NCBI GenBank assembly: GCA_038152055.1
Contig: JAYOWQ010000001.1
Coordinates: 24,813-88,812, forward strand
Direction: 5' to 3'
DNA: 64,000 nt
Source: Opitutales bacterium
GTDB lineage: Bacteria > Verrucomicrobiota > Verrucomicrobiia > Opitutales > Seribacteraceae
Shown here: piece after piece, positions 39,601 through 46,151 of the stretch
Numbering within the stretch: position 1 is the first letter of the stretch
Layout: every line of letters begins with the position of its first letter
The notes under the pieces: generated by a model
What the model saw: the letters and a program-made list of their open reading frames with translations, nothing else
Told to the model about the DNA's origin: nothing
Databases searched by the model: none
Program-made: the position numbers and the translations under genes

Positions 39601-42390
39601 CAGGTCCTGAGAGTCATTCAGGTTTTTGTCCCCACTTAAACCGACGATGTCAACGCCCTCGGAAAGTCCAAGCCGATAACCCCCTTCACCATTGAAAAAT
39701 TCATTCAGCTGATACTTGCCGGCAAGAGTAAGATCTCCGTGCCCGTTGGTTATACGAGTTGCATTTCCCATGACTGAAAGGTGGTTTCCGTATTCCAGTT
39801 TGTAACCTTCGTCGCTCAAACTCGACTCCCCATGAGTAACGTACCTCTGGGCGTGATTTAGCCCGATGTTGTGACCAACCTCATGAGTGACCGTGGTGGC
39901 GATTCCGCTGGAAAATTCACCGGATTCCGATTGTGTGGCCACGACGTGGGCTCCGGGCTGTCCCAAATAACCCATTCCAGGGGCACCGCCTGAATACGTG
40001 GTTAACACCACCCAGGTCAGGCAAACGTTGTTTACCGCAATGGTAAAGTTATCGTCGAAACTCGTGTCCCCGTTAATCTTGATACGGGGCGTGACCAAAT
40101 TCTTTTCGGCAAATCCATCTCCATCCGAGTCAAGATGCTCGCAAAGGTCACGGTATTTGTATAACGGACTTCTGTCTTCGGGTAGCTCCAGATCGTCCGC
40201 CAAATAATTATAATCGAAGATTGTCATGCTTGGGTTGAGAAAATCAAGGCCGGCACCCAGAGATTGGTTGAAATAATAAGCTCCTGGATCCGTAACCGTT
40301 ATTTTCGTGATATTCCCATCCTCGTTTAAAAGCACCTCCGCTTTGGCGGGCTCGAAATTGGCATGAGGCAGGAAGGTAATCGGGTTGATCCACGCGCCTC
40401 CTTCAAAAGTTATGCTCGGGGGTGATTCATAATTCCCGCCTACCAATTCCTCGTTCATCGCAATCGAAGAAACCCCAAAAAAAGCGGGTCCATCGAAGTC
40501 CCATTCTTCGCTTCTGTTTGCAATCAATTTTTTCGCCTGCTCCGCAAAGGCCATTTCTTCACCTGTCTTGTGGTCAACCTTAATTTCCGCAGTCAATCCA
40601 TTACTGTCAAAGAGGTGTCCGGAGCCATTGGCGTCGGTGGCTTTTTTGTAGGTCGAAATGTAAGTTGGTATCGTGACCGCTGGAGTTATGACTGGAAGCA
40701 ACTTGAGTTCGCCATCGGTATTTCTGGCATAGAAATCAGCGACGTCTTTCATTGTTTGTTCGATTGCTTCGTAAGACAGGGGCAAAAAAGGTTCGGCATG
40801 CATTTCGTGAGAAACAGGTTCCCCAAGCTCGTTTGTCTGCAGCGCGTTCGATTCCGAACTGCCATAGCCAGCCGCGCCATATTGTGAAGTGTAATGCTCG
40901 GTTTGATCGATGAATCTTCCGGGAATCACAAGGATCTTGCGGATTCCTCTAAGATCGGTGGTGATTTCATCTGCAGCAGGCTTCCTGCGTTCCATTACAA
41001 AGGGAAGCTCTTCCTTTAGGGGTTTGGACTCCCATCCTCCGGAAGAATGGTTCCAGTCAAGAACAGCTCCTTCTTCAGTGCCCGGGCGGGCTGTTTTCCA
41101 ATTTTCAAAGCCATCCGAAATCAAGGTTCCGTCCATCCATTTCCAATTGCCTGAACTTGCGTTGATATCAAACTGCGCTTCCTTTTTTTGCGCGCTATCA
41201 TAGCGGGATCCGTTTTGATCTGCATTGCCCGTGCCCCCTATCCATACAAGCGAGTGATCGGTTTTTCTGCCCCATCTGGAAGCTTGATCGAGTTCTTTCT
41301 TCGCATAGCGCAAGAGTAAGCTTTGAATTTCTTGCGAATCAATCTTGGCAAGGGTTGCATTATTTTCCACTGCATGGCTTAAGGCAGCTGAAAAGTTCTT
41401 TTCCTTATCCACCACCTCGTAAGCGTTCACAATTTGCGCTGGTGATCTGGCTCCGCCACTGGAGCTCATTATTATTGGATATTGAGCCCGGCGCCCTGCC
41501 CTTCTCAATCGAGCTTCGGCCTTGCCAACTGAATAGGCAAATAATTCCATCTCAACCTCTCCAGGATAGTCAATGTTTTCACCACCTATCAGGATTTGTG
41601 GTTGACCGGATGTTCCGCTCGATAATTCAAAGGGCTTGTCGGAAACGGAAAAATCTTCCTCCAGGCTAATTCCCCATACCGCCAGCCCCTTTACCGAGGG
41701 AAAGGTTTTTCTTTCTCCAAAGGTCCAGATGCGTAAATTTCTTCCATCATCCAACTTTGCGAATCTTTTAATCAAACCCCTTGGGTGCTCCGGGTCGTAA
41801 CACACGTGAATGGCATCGATGTCCGCGAAGGCGCTTTCCCATTTTTCGAGATGTCTGGTAATCCTGCCAGGCAATACCTCCAGTGTCTTTCTAGAAACCG
41901 CAGTTTGCAAAGCTTTGCGAGGGTCTCCTCGCATAATTTCAAGGAACACTTCCTTCCTGGCTCTTGCGAGTGATTCACCCTTGTCGAGAAGACTGAAAAT
42001 CGTACGTGGATCGTGCTCCGAACAACCCTGTAGTTTTTCGCATTCAAGAGAACCTATTTCCTTCAGCCAATCGTCAAAAGCAAGGATGGCGGGATGTTTG
42101 CTCAAATCTACATAATCTCGCGCCCTGCACCAAACGTCATCTGGGAGAATTTTCTTGGCAGAGGAGGAAACCAGATCCGTGCTTGGAGCAGGCTTTGGGT
42201 GCTTTTCCCTTTCCCCGAAAGGGCCTTCGAGTTGATCGGTCGCCACCTTTTGCTCGACTTCAGAAGGAATAAGCGAGGGGACCCGTTTGGCCGTCTGCCA
42301 ATAGAGAAATCCAACAACACCACAGCCGATAAAACCAAGGAATGCCAAGAACCTCAGTCGTTTGATCGGCGCTCCATAGAATGACTTCAT
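27643..42390 (-). CDS. Giant exported metalloprotease/adhesin (4915 aa): N-terminal signal or anchor, C-type lectin, metzincin protease, PKD, 2 LamG, GxGY modules, DxDxDG Ca-binding repeats, Ig/cadherin-like domains, Trp-rich C-terminal domain
   Basis: 14.7-kb uninterrupted ORF. HEVGHNIGLNH plus SVMG Met-turn; VWIGG...WKWMDG lectin signature; WHHLAASF...GNLDDLAIYDRIL LamG; DTDGDGLSD repeats. Confidence 0.88.
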   Translation of the reverse strand: MKSFYGAPIKRLRFLAFLGFIGCGVVGFLYWQTAKRVPSLIPSEVEQKVATDQLEGPFGEREKHPKPAPSTDLVSSSAKKILPDDVWCRARDYVDLSKHPAILAFDDWLKEIGSLECEKLQGCSEHDPRTIFSLLDKGESLARARKEVFLEIMRGDPRKALQTAVSRKTLEVLPGRITRHLEKWESAFADIDAIHVCYDPEHPRGLIKRFAKLDDGRNLRIWTFGERKTFPSVKGLAVWGISLEEDFSVSDKPFELSSGTSGQPQILIGGENIDYPGEVEMELFAYSVGKAEARLRRAGRRAQYPIIMSSSGGARSPAQIVNAYEVVDKEKNFSAALSHAVENNATLAKIDSQEIQSLLLRYAKKELDQASRWGRKTDHSLVWIGGTGNADQNGSRYDSAQKKEAQFDINASSGNWKWMDGTLISDGFENWKTARPGTEEGAVLDWNHSSGGWESKPLKEELPFVMERRKPAADEITTDLRGIRKILVIPGRFIDQTEHYTSQYGAAGYGSSESNALQTNELGEPVSHEMHAEPFLPLSYEAIEQTMKDVADFYARNTDGELKLLPVITPAVTIPTYISTYKKATDANGSGHLFDSNGLTAEIKVDHKTGEEMAFAEQAKKLIANRSEEWDFDGPAFFGVSSIAMNEELVGGNYESPPSITFEGGAWINPITFLPHANFEPAKAEVLLNEDGNITKITVTDPGAYYFNQSLGAGLDFLNPSMTIFDYNYLADDLELPEDRSPLYKYRDLCEHLDSDGDGFAEKNLVTPRIKINGDTSFDDNFTIAVNNVCLTWVVLTTYSGGAPGMGYLGQPGAHVVATQSESGEFSSGIATTVTHEVGHNIGLNHAQRYVTHGESSLSDEGYKLEYGNHLSVMGNATRITNGHGDLTLAGKYQLNEFFNGEGGYRLGLSEGVDIVGLSGDKNLNDSQDLEEETGPYTPENTFRIYRHNTMHPPRFLREGNFSIKLEEEEVAFLDARFETNSSARIRINGTGSEANGSFDREATGEYVLRITEGGRGYTEEPTIEVIDTNGSFFTLNSSWIQEANGIGPDSLVRATLLDMSRDARWVRGARVTTSRKNLGVFSPSGFDEQDHQLVDYYLAFRTDFSVSGLTLLASTAYFSTANGDDSLRSPESFLIDATPQTPTNIEDGALLVGRTYSDYDADLHFTPIRTGGNEYLEKIQLIESTELPSLQKQVDHLTIRSNYYRTLVTRYPDQASYKLELEIIKQELAEKQAILDSRMETIQRLENTGMPYLEVVINKDTMRNGEAKAPSFELMVTNNAPEVGEYVEMAILVKDSNLSQYAYSWYVNEVGQSNPSELNKPYLNRTFSSPGNQVVRVVVSDMKGGVASRTAIIAVGNEKSLNRSMITGTVRSGQGLVQGARVVVQPAPVINHTMGLSGNLYDSYFFGSDADPLRLQIDGEIAPDLHLRKGEIHRFYLDPTLRQLEGSNSTLSFLELPEKAPPQVAARMTTSPQVMKGGNLYLENPQVHYTTRSTFSKSESQSVGTYLDLLEFLDDLNGSVSLKDVNGSTDLLEFLIQNSSTLTSFDENHTSIISHPYPRAIMQSSGISKGVVGPLELSELGFRKFGGYGYDRDQTPVVKVRRSSIWDDYQEANASARAFVDGVGTISPVISTDPETKNPSFLGNSWQTRPEADSNNPKLPQVVVWGTGGENTKDDPYREVNATVYAGDGEDRYIFIYNQGKGFEPNATMAVLHYPQEPFAYWTFDRHESLFENSDTSRYQPTPAWNRPAYQGDLIHHWAFDEENGTEILDSKTLASVSTSFDINSSWGLKGRALSLPAGAGNEITFTDPAFTPDLNFTLSFWVLAKNDYEIDFNGLDITYDHDDNRKYSMNGSDINRTDSFNDWAHVAIVHEDLVTTLFVDGLSLMESGNLDFFKNAGEFVFTASGDTLLLDECRMYRGALGYDQVLYLAGRTYLDLSGNKFHLVPMGSVAIPSEPGLFGSSSDVPESVALTPSGSGRLGDTYKNEGNGHSLNFNGADDYLSLIPHKDQFGLPEGTISLWLKISQAQTGTVPLVWLSSPYEAVTFVDPENNSTNIAIQPGKSFSFEVVGGLPRVAGQSTFRAINRVNDNEWHHLAASFPDGQIWIDGEPAQTQPTSIVPLLFEEADNTLEFISDVTDFYVGASLDYVDPEKAHFLEGNLDDLAIYDRILTNDEVSYLYGLAKGREQLPRLEALVDAVGTVEVSDPGAGYRENPDLEFGYGEHETLEDLNASAGVGAFTDLLSLNVPHGTLRYVRAEDAVYVYYEGKDSSKLYSWREDDTMSSGWRKLGSAFGYASFEGVPVGDVVWSKRMPMPIELPLPDGRVVRKRFVDYVTIDPLLAFDLERNKSLQWGWKNSYYKPNGLYGFAHAPDFSVAQPGLHNYELTAAESLENTSEAYALFYIDKDSEDSREILFGGAGLSAATQIFEQVRVFGTGYQPDWIKFKYGDSLEITTPKQDHEDELNGLPLGAEIDVNNTSGLVSLNEKLFTFDWNGSHDLNLTGLEFNHTISSVTLANPGFGYSMPAELKVIKGFPQQGNHLYMDEYELFLAAHPYIFAIADEDRGRSPVSEYDFIEAEAHISKVDENGSIVDINITNPGKGYVPYYVFYRVVRSFERETGYDAFNPQYFFHKPGYDHPSGDTSLVRLPSDFYTYEPLDGAPLIAVTGGGGSGALMWTKLDTDGIITAWGFVRDPKTGKEMRGRGYFNIDPANVPRASLSDNALIAANGETNASVTLRLGGYLKEIPPCTACTDGLHGEANNKYSHLEPWVEIWDLGRSEAFIDANGSRAHAAPKVRNGKIKKVVVTESGAGYVDPVVFIRDAPPYSPRYYDKDTKDFRRIWVCTFERMTQSGSLEQCGHKHYSLYPPEECPGETDEEFPYLDANGSLYLPTGKEIADWRLRHFPVAPAMPWEHWHCEKEGTHHDVEFAARKCWGTKINFVLDENASVYRNPRPDFISLDLEANLSVIAKEGRIMEVIVDHEGSNYLASEIHVVGTGTGVDAIPVFNQYGVNTRVIFDDPRLKNWELDKIDRPLGAGQGFRERPWAWEAKHKTDYYPSAPPMDAVQVFVQRSQVPGTEDGGWFAGDSTGYENWYFGDYYHGLAWNFGDPVLADSLGDRILDIEVNQSGLYGNLDSRLDYNVTIDYNSTARITLSDGSTIDWEPDFDGDGKGDFMPAEAFARSNLELTSFKFDGNATFQEEPSKEIGPVDMGMFSEHPTVQILDGRNLGEWARSSEAALTDEGRPITREDGPYSEMVHPDWRIDYEEENISKMDFIRLNGDVFYDPERDQSYIELYVDDRFPNSFYYGLGVAIDENATAFPKAGGKIIVSEGLPGDQWFVNEPESKGAYAYTDQYGAYAISNLMPGLYNVAVFMEDNEFEETTFRPEANRTRVSQLLYLPGFPELVMETDNSGPGSSNLVWSREARKFSRGHSEFTDTFAPEYSDDPVFGHGVTPHEATEENKPTSEYLGEFDLEYRMKKELRGIGRGFDPKGPVPELTFIPHPDNISLVEPRVIVRVLLDGSLSLQIIDDENTTNYYPQDRFTVMHSVNLAGLDFFESNLYSKSSETFWSGALASWDYNDSATGHDRYQPKARLVISPGEGNGANVIEVPLATKEFRESNETHTHSDRNTTFTARVFDSNGTELSLAEDNVSWSLEFDFNASEGEESNSKIARLFGAKGANGLEVNGTSVELCLFSTLRTGTGQVHGFEIVSPGTGYTDGILVELDGAGYGFIGYLETNATGSIVDVNITGQGIGYSRTDRVILNEANQSAEGGLIRPIFAKGELTLHASFNNGELKSSVRIKPSPRSALNEREFWLDRYLDTFFERNASWWEKDLNGTNAFEDLDDDNLTNFEEWKFGSHPNSGDFDGDELFDADEKTQKSSPWLQDTDGDGLSDKVEFDEGANPRMVDTDKDGLTDFEEWEANLEGAGLDLNKADAGLGEISARVYRVKSAYPRNFYLEFNSSSISQMSDDFSAASADKNGTTFPSGFYWNKLVLDRNYSLRAFIDLDGDQNYSSWEPYAAWEGNLTKDRKTAFGLQLKLKDPDPDIHFTNPAFQEITINNPFPMMLKDGTISSSWEFESNWTTWTVIEANDSALVDPLLNPSGTWTLEDEESNYTIHVSGDFLEYLNQSTDGNFSRPPTITDPENLEVRDNDEYYQLFYQAEDEWGNLSELLEQKIRVRDTLAPVVKFEVPSPGFGLPSYTERNATWILPGLKGSFLEFDPDKNISVNDWDENAQYEVVLSFEGHSAELIDLSVLGDYNLTVRAYDSYGNEDNVTIIMQVVDVDAPQITIEGIDPLGKAYGLVGESMDMPVIQASDDFNASSQYTVSIPAGLVIDDNGTVISDGSAVYEANVTIGEILAYILTPLEENNFTIELNATDGINHREANFTLVVEEPEIVVDIVALDGYLAGAKLVVDTLQSTGFDKLEKETNGSGHFILRLSETDFNILDADGNGVLGYDENIIISTGGTDLNTGSAFPGTLKGKLPEEKNGNLAVVSPLSTFVIQVMESSGKYTWAEAESAVRSSFGIGEGANLFTFDPLSEAMESNASTPSVLAATLRIGSWMSLAESFVIALDPNYEIGKSSLAFLSQAAALINESDDFTQSISAAEFEALLELTINDGTVNSSDYVTSSQLEYMGEIMAEADDAWLRLYHGGDFDSTENRIAEFVENQAFIHERVIQRIATDISSDMTDMTNQIVADLVTIQYPGSENRSWPRGENFRRSLQNETWVDGYCIQNVFAFDADGDYVRKYLISGNFDFDLDGRPAFKLSESGKLCVEDADDLIPVAGQSIRLVVRLDDGRGKYSEVEGIIEIAESTPMQASQVADSWYDSEWFGYFYLGGQNWIYHLKLGWLHYAPDGSGGYWIWDDLWESWWWSNPDVFPWIYRDDQEEWSYIYIDNKTIRTYDGKQKLWRRRR
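30630..30870 (-). repeat. Four protein-level DxDxDx(L)xxxxE calcium-binding (TSP3-like) repeats
   Basis: DLDDDNLTNFEE, DFDGDELFDADE, DTDGDGLSDKVE, DTDKDGLTDFEE. Confidence 0.75.
39769..39885 (-). other. Metzincin zinc-binding motif HEVGHNIGLNH and Met-turn within the 4915-aa protein
   Basis: HExxHxxGxxH at 39853-39885; Met of SVMG at 39769-39771. Confidence 0.88.
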
Positions 42391-42536
42391 TTGGCTCTAT
42401 TCAAGAAATTGAATGATTGGATACCTGAAAAATTTGGGGGGAAAGGCCGACTGTGTAAATATGTGATAAATTCTCCATATTCATACAAATTTAACCGATT
42501 GCAGCCATATTTGCGAAAAAAAGGGTAAATTTATGA

Positions 42537-45500
42537 TTACTGACCATCCATTACCTGATCATTGGAAGAGGTTCTGCGTATGGTCCCGGTTGGGGTCATG
42601 ATCACCGGATCCTTGAAGATGGATTGCGGGCTAATGTTCTGAATGACTTCCCTGACGGGCGAACCGCCACGCGAAACGATGCTGGCGCTCACGAAGATAA
42701 GCAGATTTCTCTTCTGGTAGCTCTCCGCATTGGACTGAAAAAGGCGACCAATCAAGGGGATGTTGCCGAGAACGGGGATTTTGTCATTCACGGTTTTGAC
42801 TTCTTCGCGTGTCAGCCCCCCGATGATTACGGTGGCGCCATCAAAGATAGTGACCCGGGTCGATACCTTGCGAACGGAGAAGATAGGCATGAGAATGCCC
42901 GATGGCTGAATGATCATGGGGGGAGCCCCGACCTGCGAGGTTCCAATCATCGCAGAGTTTCCACCATATTCGATAAATCCGTCAAACTCGGTTACCTTGG
43001 GCTTGAGTTCCAGATTGATCGAGTTGTACTTCTCAATGGTCGGCGTTACGTCAAGAACCACCCCGACCTCGCGAAATCCCGGTTGTTCGTCATCGGGAGC
43101 GACCGTCTCGAATTGAGGTATGGCGGATTGTATCTGGATGGCTCCACCCAGACCTGCGCCTCCATCATCGCCCGCCCCCCCCACGGTGGGAGCGGGAGCA
43201 GGTTCATACTGCGTTGGATAAATAAATTCCTGAGCAATGGTTATGACCGCATTCTGCCCATCCATCACAGTAATACGGGGGGCGCTTAGCAAATCCGTGC
43301 CCTGCTTCCGCTTAAGGGCGTTGACCAGCAGTTTTGCCTGGCTGTTGCTCAAAATCATGTTGCCGTCTGAATCCATTTTGGCGGCAGGAGTCGTTGTTAA
43401 GAGGGGGCTTACTCCAGCCCCAATGCTTATTTTTCCTGGAAGACTCGGTATTGGATTGGAAATGTTCATACTCGCTTGATCGTTGTCGGGCATGCTTATG
43501 ATGGTATCGCGAGTGGTTCCGGAGGGAGAGTGAGCTCCTGCAAGGGTACGCGTGTTACCGAAAAAAGTATTTTCATAAACCGCCCGGGCCCTGCCCCCGC
43601 TATCAGTAAGAATACCTCCGGTCTCCGGATCGATCAGTGGCGCCGGGTTTCCCCAGGCAAATTCCCAACCGAAACTAATTTCATCCAGGGCTCCTTCCTG
43701 AACCTCAAGAAACTTTGTTTCTATCTCCACTTGACGGCTAGAATCCTGATCGAGCTTGGCAAGTATGCGCTCGATCAAATCAAGGTATCTCCTCTCGTGG
43801 GTAATGATCATCTGAAATCCATCGAACGAGAATTTATGCCCTTTGCCGTCGATGAAAGGTATTCCGGTACTCTCCAGAAACGTACGGATCTTGATTCCGT
43901 CGTCTCCGCCCTCATCCCCTCCCCCGCCAGCAGGCGCAAAAGGGTCTGCATCACCGCCGTCTCCAGAGGAGCTTCCAGTCATGCGACTTATGGTGCCTTG
44001 GGTCATCTCGTAAAACTCGGTTTCGAGCGGCCTGCCCTTGAAAGTGCCGCCCGTTTTCTGAATGACCACTGCATCCGATCGAACGTCGAAGGTCCAGCCG
44101 ACCATTTCGGTTATAAACTCGATCATTTTTCCCAATGGCATTGAATTCAGGGTAATGGTTACCGGAGGTTCCTCTTCTTCTCCGATGAGCGGGATAATAT
44201 TCAAACCTTTCTTCGCTGGGTCGGGTTCGGTTAGATCGAACTGCCTGGCTTGTCTTTGAAGTTCGGTCATCGCCTCCGATAGAGGAGAATCAAAGAATTG
44301 AACACCAGGGATTTCGATGAGCTTGAGTTTTTGTTCAATATTGCTGGGACCTTCCTCCACATCCTTGGTTTCTTCTATCTGGCGATCAAAAACCTTTGGC
44401 CTTTCCCATTCTCTCTCGATTTCCTCGAGCATTTCCTGGCGGGTTTTTATGTAACCCAGATAACTTTCCTGCTGTCTCATTTTGGATATGCGCTTGAGCA
44501 TCTCCTTTGCCTCGAAGTTGTCGCTGTATCGAGTTTCGATCGCCCGATAAGTTTCAGTTGCCCCCGTTAGATCGCCGTTAATGAACTGCACCTTTGCCCG
44601 CATCAGCAATTCCCTCAGTTGTTCCTGCTGCTCTTTCCAATCAGGAGTAAATTCGGAAATATCTCTTTTGAAAGGATCCCGTTTATCTACCGAAACTCGA
44701 TCAAGTGCCTTGTCGGCCAATTTCAACTCTTCTTCCACAGCTTTCTGCCCATCGGTTTCCTTCAAGCCGGGCCGCCCGAAGGTCAGGGTGTCTCCTTGTA
44801 TGTTCCGGTCCTGATAAAATCCGGTTCGAAACTCATCTATCAGGCCTTTCGCCTTTTCCCAGTCCTTGTCTTCACGGGCATCATCCGCTTTTGCCAGGTT
44901 GATTCTGTTCTTAACAAGCGAAGCTTCCAATATAATAGGCCAAGTCAAGGTGTTGGGTTCCAAAAATTTTGAAATGTTTAAAAGTATCTTTTCGGCTTCA
45001 TCGTACTCTTTGCGCTTGATCTTGTTTTTGGCCTCTTGGAGCATTTCTTCGGCAAACGTAGCTTGTTCGGAATTTTTTACACGCGCCTTTTCGATCTCAG
45101 CGTCAAAATCGATTTCAGCAGATATGCCAAGAGTTTCCGTTTCCACGGAGCGACGCGAATCTTCAGTGTCGCGGTACTCAAGCACCAGCTCCTGCACCTC
45201 ATTGACCTTACCCTTCAACATCGCTTCTCCAATCTTGAACCATATGACCTGCTGCTTGGCCTTGTAGAGATCACTGATCATAGCGATTGTGGCAGTATTG
45301 GGCGCAAGGAGTGAGATCGCCTCGTTCAATTGTTTCTCTGCCATTTGGTAATTTCCTTGCGAACTGTCGGCCAATGCTTTGCGCAGAGAATTTTCCGCAC
45401 CTCTGAGTCCGGCATCAATTTTTGCCTTCTCCTCCTCGACCAATCTATCCAAGTCGGGCTTGGCGTCATCGACGGGCAAACCTGCTTTCGCTCGGATTTC

Positions 45501-46037
45501 CGCAAGGTCCCTTTTCGCTTTGTCCAGCTCACCGACTAATTTTCCTACGAGAGAAACTTCCTTGGTCTCTTGTAATTTTGTTTTGACGCCACGCCTTACC
45601 TGTCGGTCACTCAACTCCTCAGCGACGTTCCGCCTGTACTTTTCTATGTATTGGCTGGCAAGAGTGTACTCTTTCTTTTCCATGGCTTGATTTGCCAAAC
45701 GAAAATACAGTTTTGTTTCCTCTGCCTTTATTTGCCTGATATAAAATTCTGTTTCATTCGTACTTTCTATCGACACCAAGGCTTCCGCGGCCAATGCCTG
45801 CGCCTTTCCAAGTTTGCCCTCCTTTGAGAGCGCTCTGATTTTATCAAGTAAATTAACCAGATTGGTTTGCGGTCCGATTACAAGGGAGCTTGGCTCATCC
45901 TTTAAAGCAGGCGGAGGTTCTTGCGTCGGCAAGCCGATAAGGTCGGCTTGTCCGTAAGCAAAAAAGGGACAAAGGCACGGGCCTACACGGAGAAATGCTA
46001 AAATACAGGGATTGAAAAAGTTTCTAAAGGTGGGCAT
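42537..46037 (-). CDS. Outer-membrane secretin (GspD/PilQ superfamily; Amuc_1098-like) with long helical N-terminus
   Basis: QVEIETKFLEV, DLLSAPRITV, VGVVLDVTPTI, FDGATVIIGGL, DKIPVLGNIPLIGRLF, RNLLIFVSA secretin motifs; N0-like IPGVQFFDSPLSEA. Confidence 0.92.
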   Translation of the reverse strand: MPTFRNFFNPCILAFLRVGPCLCPFFAYGQADLIGLPTQEPPPALKDEPSSLVIGPQTNLVNLLDKIRALSKEGKLGKAQALAAEALVSIESTNETEFYIRQIKAEETKLYFRLANQAMEKKEYTLASQYIEKYRRNVAEELSDRQVRRGVKTKLQETKEVSLVGKLVGELDKAKRDLAEIRAKAGLPVDDAKPDLDRLVEEEKAKIDAGLRGAENSLRKALADSSQGNYQMAEKQLNEAISLLAPNTATIAMISDLYKAKQQVIWFKIGEAMLKGKVNEVQELVLEYRDTEDSRRSVETETLGISAEIDFDAEIEKARVKNSEQATFAEEMLQEAKNKIKRKEYDEAEKILLNISKFLEPNTLTWPIILEASLVKNRINLAKADDAREDKDWEKAKGLIDEFRTGFYQDRNIQGDTLTFGRPGLKETDGQKAVEEELKLADKALDRVSVDKRDPFKRDISEFTPDWKEQQEQLRELLMRAKVQFINGDLTGATETYRAIETRYSDNFEAKEMLKRISKMRQQESYLGYIKTRQEMLEEIEREWERPKVFDRQIEETKDVEEGPSNIEQKLKLIEIPGVQFFDSPLSEAMTELQRQARQFDLTEPDPAKKGLNIIPLIGEEEEPPVTITLNSMPLGKMIEFITEMVGWTFDVRSDAVVIQKTGGTFKGRPLETEFYEMTQGTISRMTGSSSGDGGDADPFAPAGGGGDEGGDDGIKIRTFLESTGIPFIDGKGHKFSFDGFQMIITHERRYLDLIERILAKLDQDSSRQVEIETKFLEVQEGALDEISFGWEFAWGNPAPLIDPETGGILTDSGGRARAVYENTFFGNTRTLAGAHSPSGTTRDTIISMPDNDQASMNISNPIPSLPGKISIGAGVSPLLTTTPAAKMDSDGNMILSNSQAKLLVNALKRKQGTDLLSAPRITVMDGQNAVITIAQEFIYPTQYEPAPAPTVGGAGDDGGAGLGGAIQIQSAIPQFETVAPDDEQPGFREVGVVLDVTPTIEKYNSINLELKPKVTEFDGFIEYGGNSAMIGTSQVGAPPMIIQPSGILMPIFSVRKVSTRVTIFDGATVIIGGLTREEVKTVNDKIPVLGNIPLIGRLFQSNAESYQKRNLLIFVSASIVSRGGSPVREVIQNISPQSIFKDPVIMTPTGTIRRTSSNDQVMDGQ

Positions 46038-46088
46038 TAGTAAGCGAATGATTTGTCCAAAATCGTTTAGTCTTAGTTACCGCAAAGA

Positions 46089-46112
46089 TTTATAGTAAGG
46101 TCAAACTATAAA
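46089..46112. promoter_or_regulatory. Perfect 8-bp inverted repeat TTTATAGT-N8-ACTATAAA enclosing a minus-strand TTGACC; candidate operator upstream of the secretin
   Basis: Arms at 46089-46096 and 46105-46112; GGTCAA at 46099-46104. Confidence 0.35.
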
Positions 46113-46151
46113 GCTCGTTATTTACCAGTAAAGAAGTAAGAGGAAACTTCC

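Noticed and set aside
16613-42390. Prophage or contractile injection system suggested by phage-like GxGY repeats
   Set aside because: No capsid, terminase, tube, sheath core, integrase or lysis genes; both proteins have N-terminal export signals.
16613-42390. T1SS/RTX adhesin, autotransporter, PEP-CTERM or T9SS cargo
   Set aside because: No GGxGxDxL nonapeptide array, C-terminal beta-barrel, PEP-TM-basic tail or T9SS CTD, and no ABC/HlyD/TolC genes adjacent.
27643-42390. Diversity-generating retroelement target or intein in the giants
   Set aside because: No reverse transcriptase, no TR/VR repeat pair, and no Hint or HN-C/S/T intein motifs noticed.
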